NCBI RefSeq assembly: GCF_009914755.1
Contig: NC_060938.1
DNA: 64,000 nt
DNA from: the human T2T-CHM13v2.0 reference genome, Homo sapiens
Direction: 5' to 3' (one strand)
This document shows, one piece after another, positions 62,450 to 64,000 of this stretch. The stretch's first letter is position 1; every line of letters starts with the position of its first letter. The translations under genes and the position numbers were made by a program. Under the pieces are notes generated by a model. That model saw only the letters and a list, made by a program, of their open reading frames with translations. It was not told the origin of the DNA and ran no database searches.

Positions 62450-63240
62450 TGTCACTCACTTCATTTGCTTAAACATACCTTCTACTGATTTACCTTTCTC
62501 TTTCTCTCAGTCTATCACATTTATCTGGAAAATACTCAATTCTCTTTGAATTCAATTATTCTCTTTTTCTGCACCCTATGTGCTGAATCAAAACGGTCTC
62601 ACTCTAAATTTATGACCACAGATATTAAGTAGGCCTTCAGCTGTCAGCCCTCAGGAAATCCACTTGTATTCCTTAGTCAATTTAATTAAAAACTCTCCTA
62701 TTGTCTAAGAAATTATCTCACCCTTTTGCCTTTCTCCAACTCCCTTCTCCAACATCTCTTTCATTCTCCTCAATTCCCTCAAATGATCACGTTTTATGAT
62801 TTGCTGAGAAATTACCATCGTCCAAAGAGAACTTAGTGTTTTTCTGACACAAACTCTGTATGACTTGGCCTCATAAATTTTTCCTTTTCTCCTCTAATGA
62901 AAATGAATTATTCCCACCGTGGAGGCCAATCCACCTTGTACACTGAAACTTTTCTCCTCCACATACTCAAATTTTCGCCCCTTCCAATGTTCCTTTTTCC
63001 CTCTTTATCACCTTATTTTGTTCTTACTGCTGTGGGCAGCAGCTCTAGCCGAATAATACACTGTGCAGTAATTTTCTTAACAAACTCATGTTGTAACATC
63101 TTCTATTTTTAAATGAAAACAAAGGAAAAATAAATTTGAACAGTACATCCCCCTAGCTTTATATTATTTGTCTATATTCATTCATAATTAAACTTCCCCA
63201 AAAGTGTCTGTAATTATTGACCATTTTTCTAGTCTCTTAC
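62450..63240 (+). mobile_element. L2 remnant
   Basis: Pyrimidine-rich; ggtctcactctaaatttatgaccac motif typical of L2; diverged, boundaries approximate. Confidence 0.5.
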
Positions 63241-63322
63241 TTTTTATATTAAAAAAGGAAAGTAATCAAAAACATAAATTAAGTGGTTAAATTCTACTAA
63301 ATCTTAAACTGAAAACATCTAC

Positions 63323-63616
63323 TTTTTTTTTTTTTTGATGGAGTCTTGCTCTGTTGCCAGTCTGTAGTGCAGTGGCACGATCTCGGCTCACTGCAACCTC
63401 CACCTCCAGGGTTCAAGTGATCCCTTGCCTCAGCTTCCCGTGTAGCTGGGACTACAGGCACAGGCCACCACACCCAGCTGATTTTTTGTATTTTTAATAG
63501 CGATGGGGTTTCACCATGTTGGCCAGGATGGTCTCGATCTCTTGACCTCATGATCCGCCCCCCGCCTTGGACTTCCAAAGTGCTGGGATTACAGGCGTGA
63601 GCCACCGCACCTGACC
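63323..63616 (-). mobile_element. AluS (Sc-like)
   Basis: ggatggtctcgatctcttgacctc, ctgttgccag. Confidence 0.93.
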
Positions 63617-63811
63617 AGTTAAATTTCATTGGTATGTTTTATATTTATGCCTAAGCTCAAGAAATAATTAAAGCTGTATGGGAACAGTTGTAAAAGCAAA
63701 AATGAATCTCAGCTTTCTCTAGGTTAGTTAATACAAGTAAAATATTATTATATAAATTTGTTACAGGAAGGACTGAACATTTCACAAGGGGTATCAATGC
63801 CCTTGCTCTCT

Positions 63812-64000
63812 TTTAAAAATTGTATTTATAATAGACACATAATAATTGTATATATTTTTAGGGAACCATGTGATGTTTTAATGCATGTATATATAGTATA
63901 ATTATCAAATGAGGGTAAATACCATACCAGTCACTTTAAACATTTATGATTTCTTTGTGGTGACCACATTCAAAATTCTCTCTTCTAGCTATCTTGAAAT
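63812..64000 (-). mobile_element. L1MA-like 3' end running off the window
   Basis: acataataattgtatatatttttaggg...acattcaaaattctctcttctagctatcttgaaat. Confidence 0.75.

Overview
This is AT-rich primate genomic DNA, probably human given an AluYg6-like insertion, and it consists mostly of nested transposable elements. I found no supportable host protein-coding gene, RNA gene or CRISPR array. Main contents: (1) a MER57-type ERV1 provirus (1288-11334, minus) with a Leu PBS and env remnant, interrupted by L1PA, L1PB, Alu and THE1 insertions; (2) a full-length, TSD-flanked but dead L1PA6-like element (14484-20532, minus); (3) old L1M/L1MB/MLT pieces, a twin-primed L1PA15/16-like element, an AluS+AluY tandem and a MER11 solo LTR inside the AluY; (4) a near-complete HERV-K(HML-3)/MER9 provirus (41828-48916, minus) with decayed gag-dUTPase/pro-pol and an internally deleted env; (5) a third ERV1 provirus (~54770-61570, minus) with a gag remnant and a duplicated LTR-end/PBS/leader; plus MADE1, Tigger3-like, MER1B, L2 and many Alus. 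All longer ORFs in the track are TE remnants or chance ORFs. I see no evidence of a new biological system. The interesting signals are mechanistic: recombination- or insertion-mediated deletions, fold-back template switches, local templated duplications and composite Alus. Subfamily names come from recalled consensus features and need RepeatMasker/Dfam confirmation.
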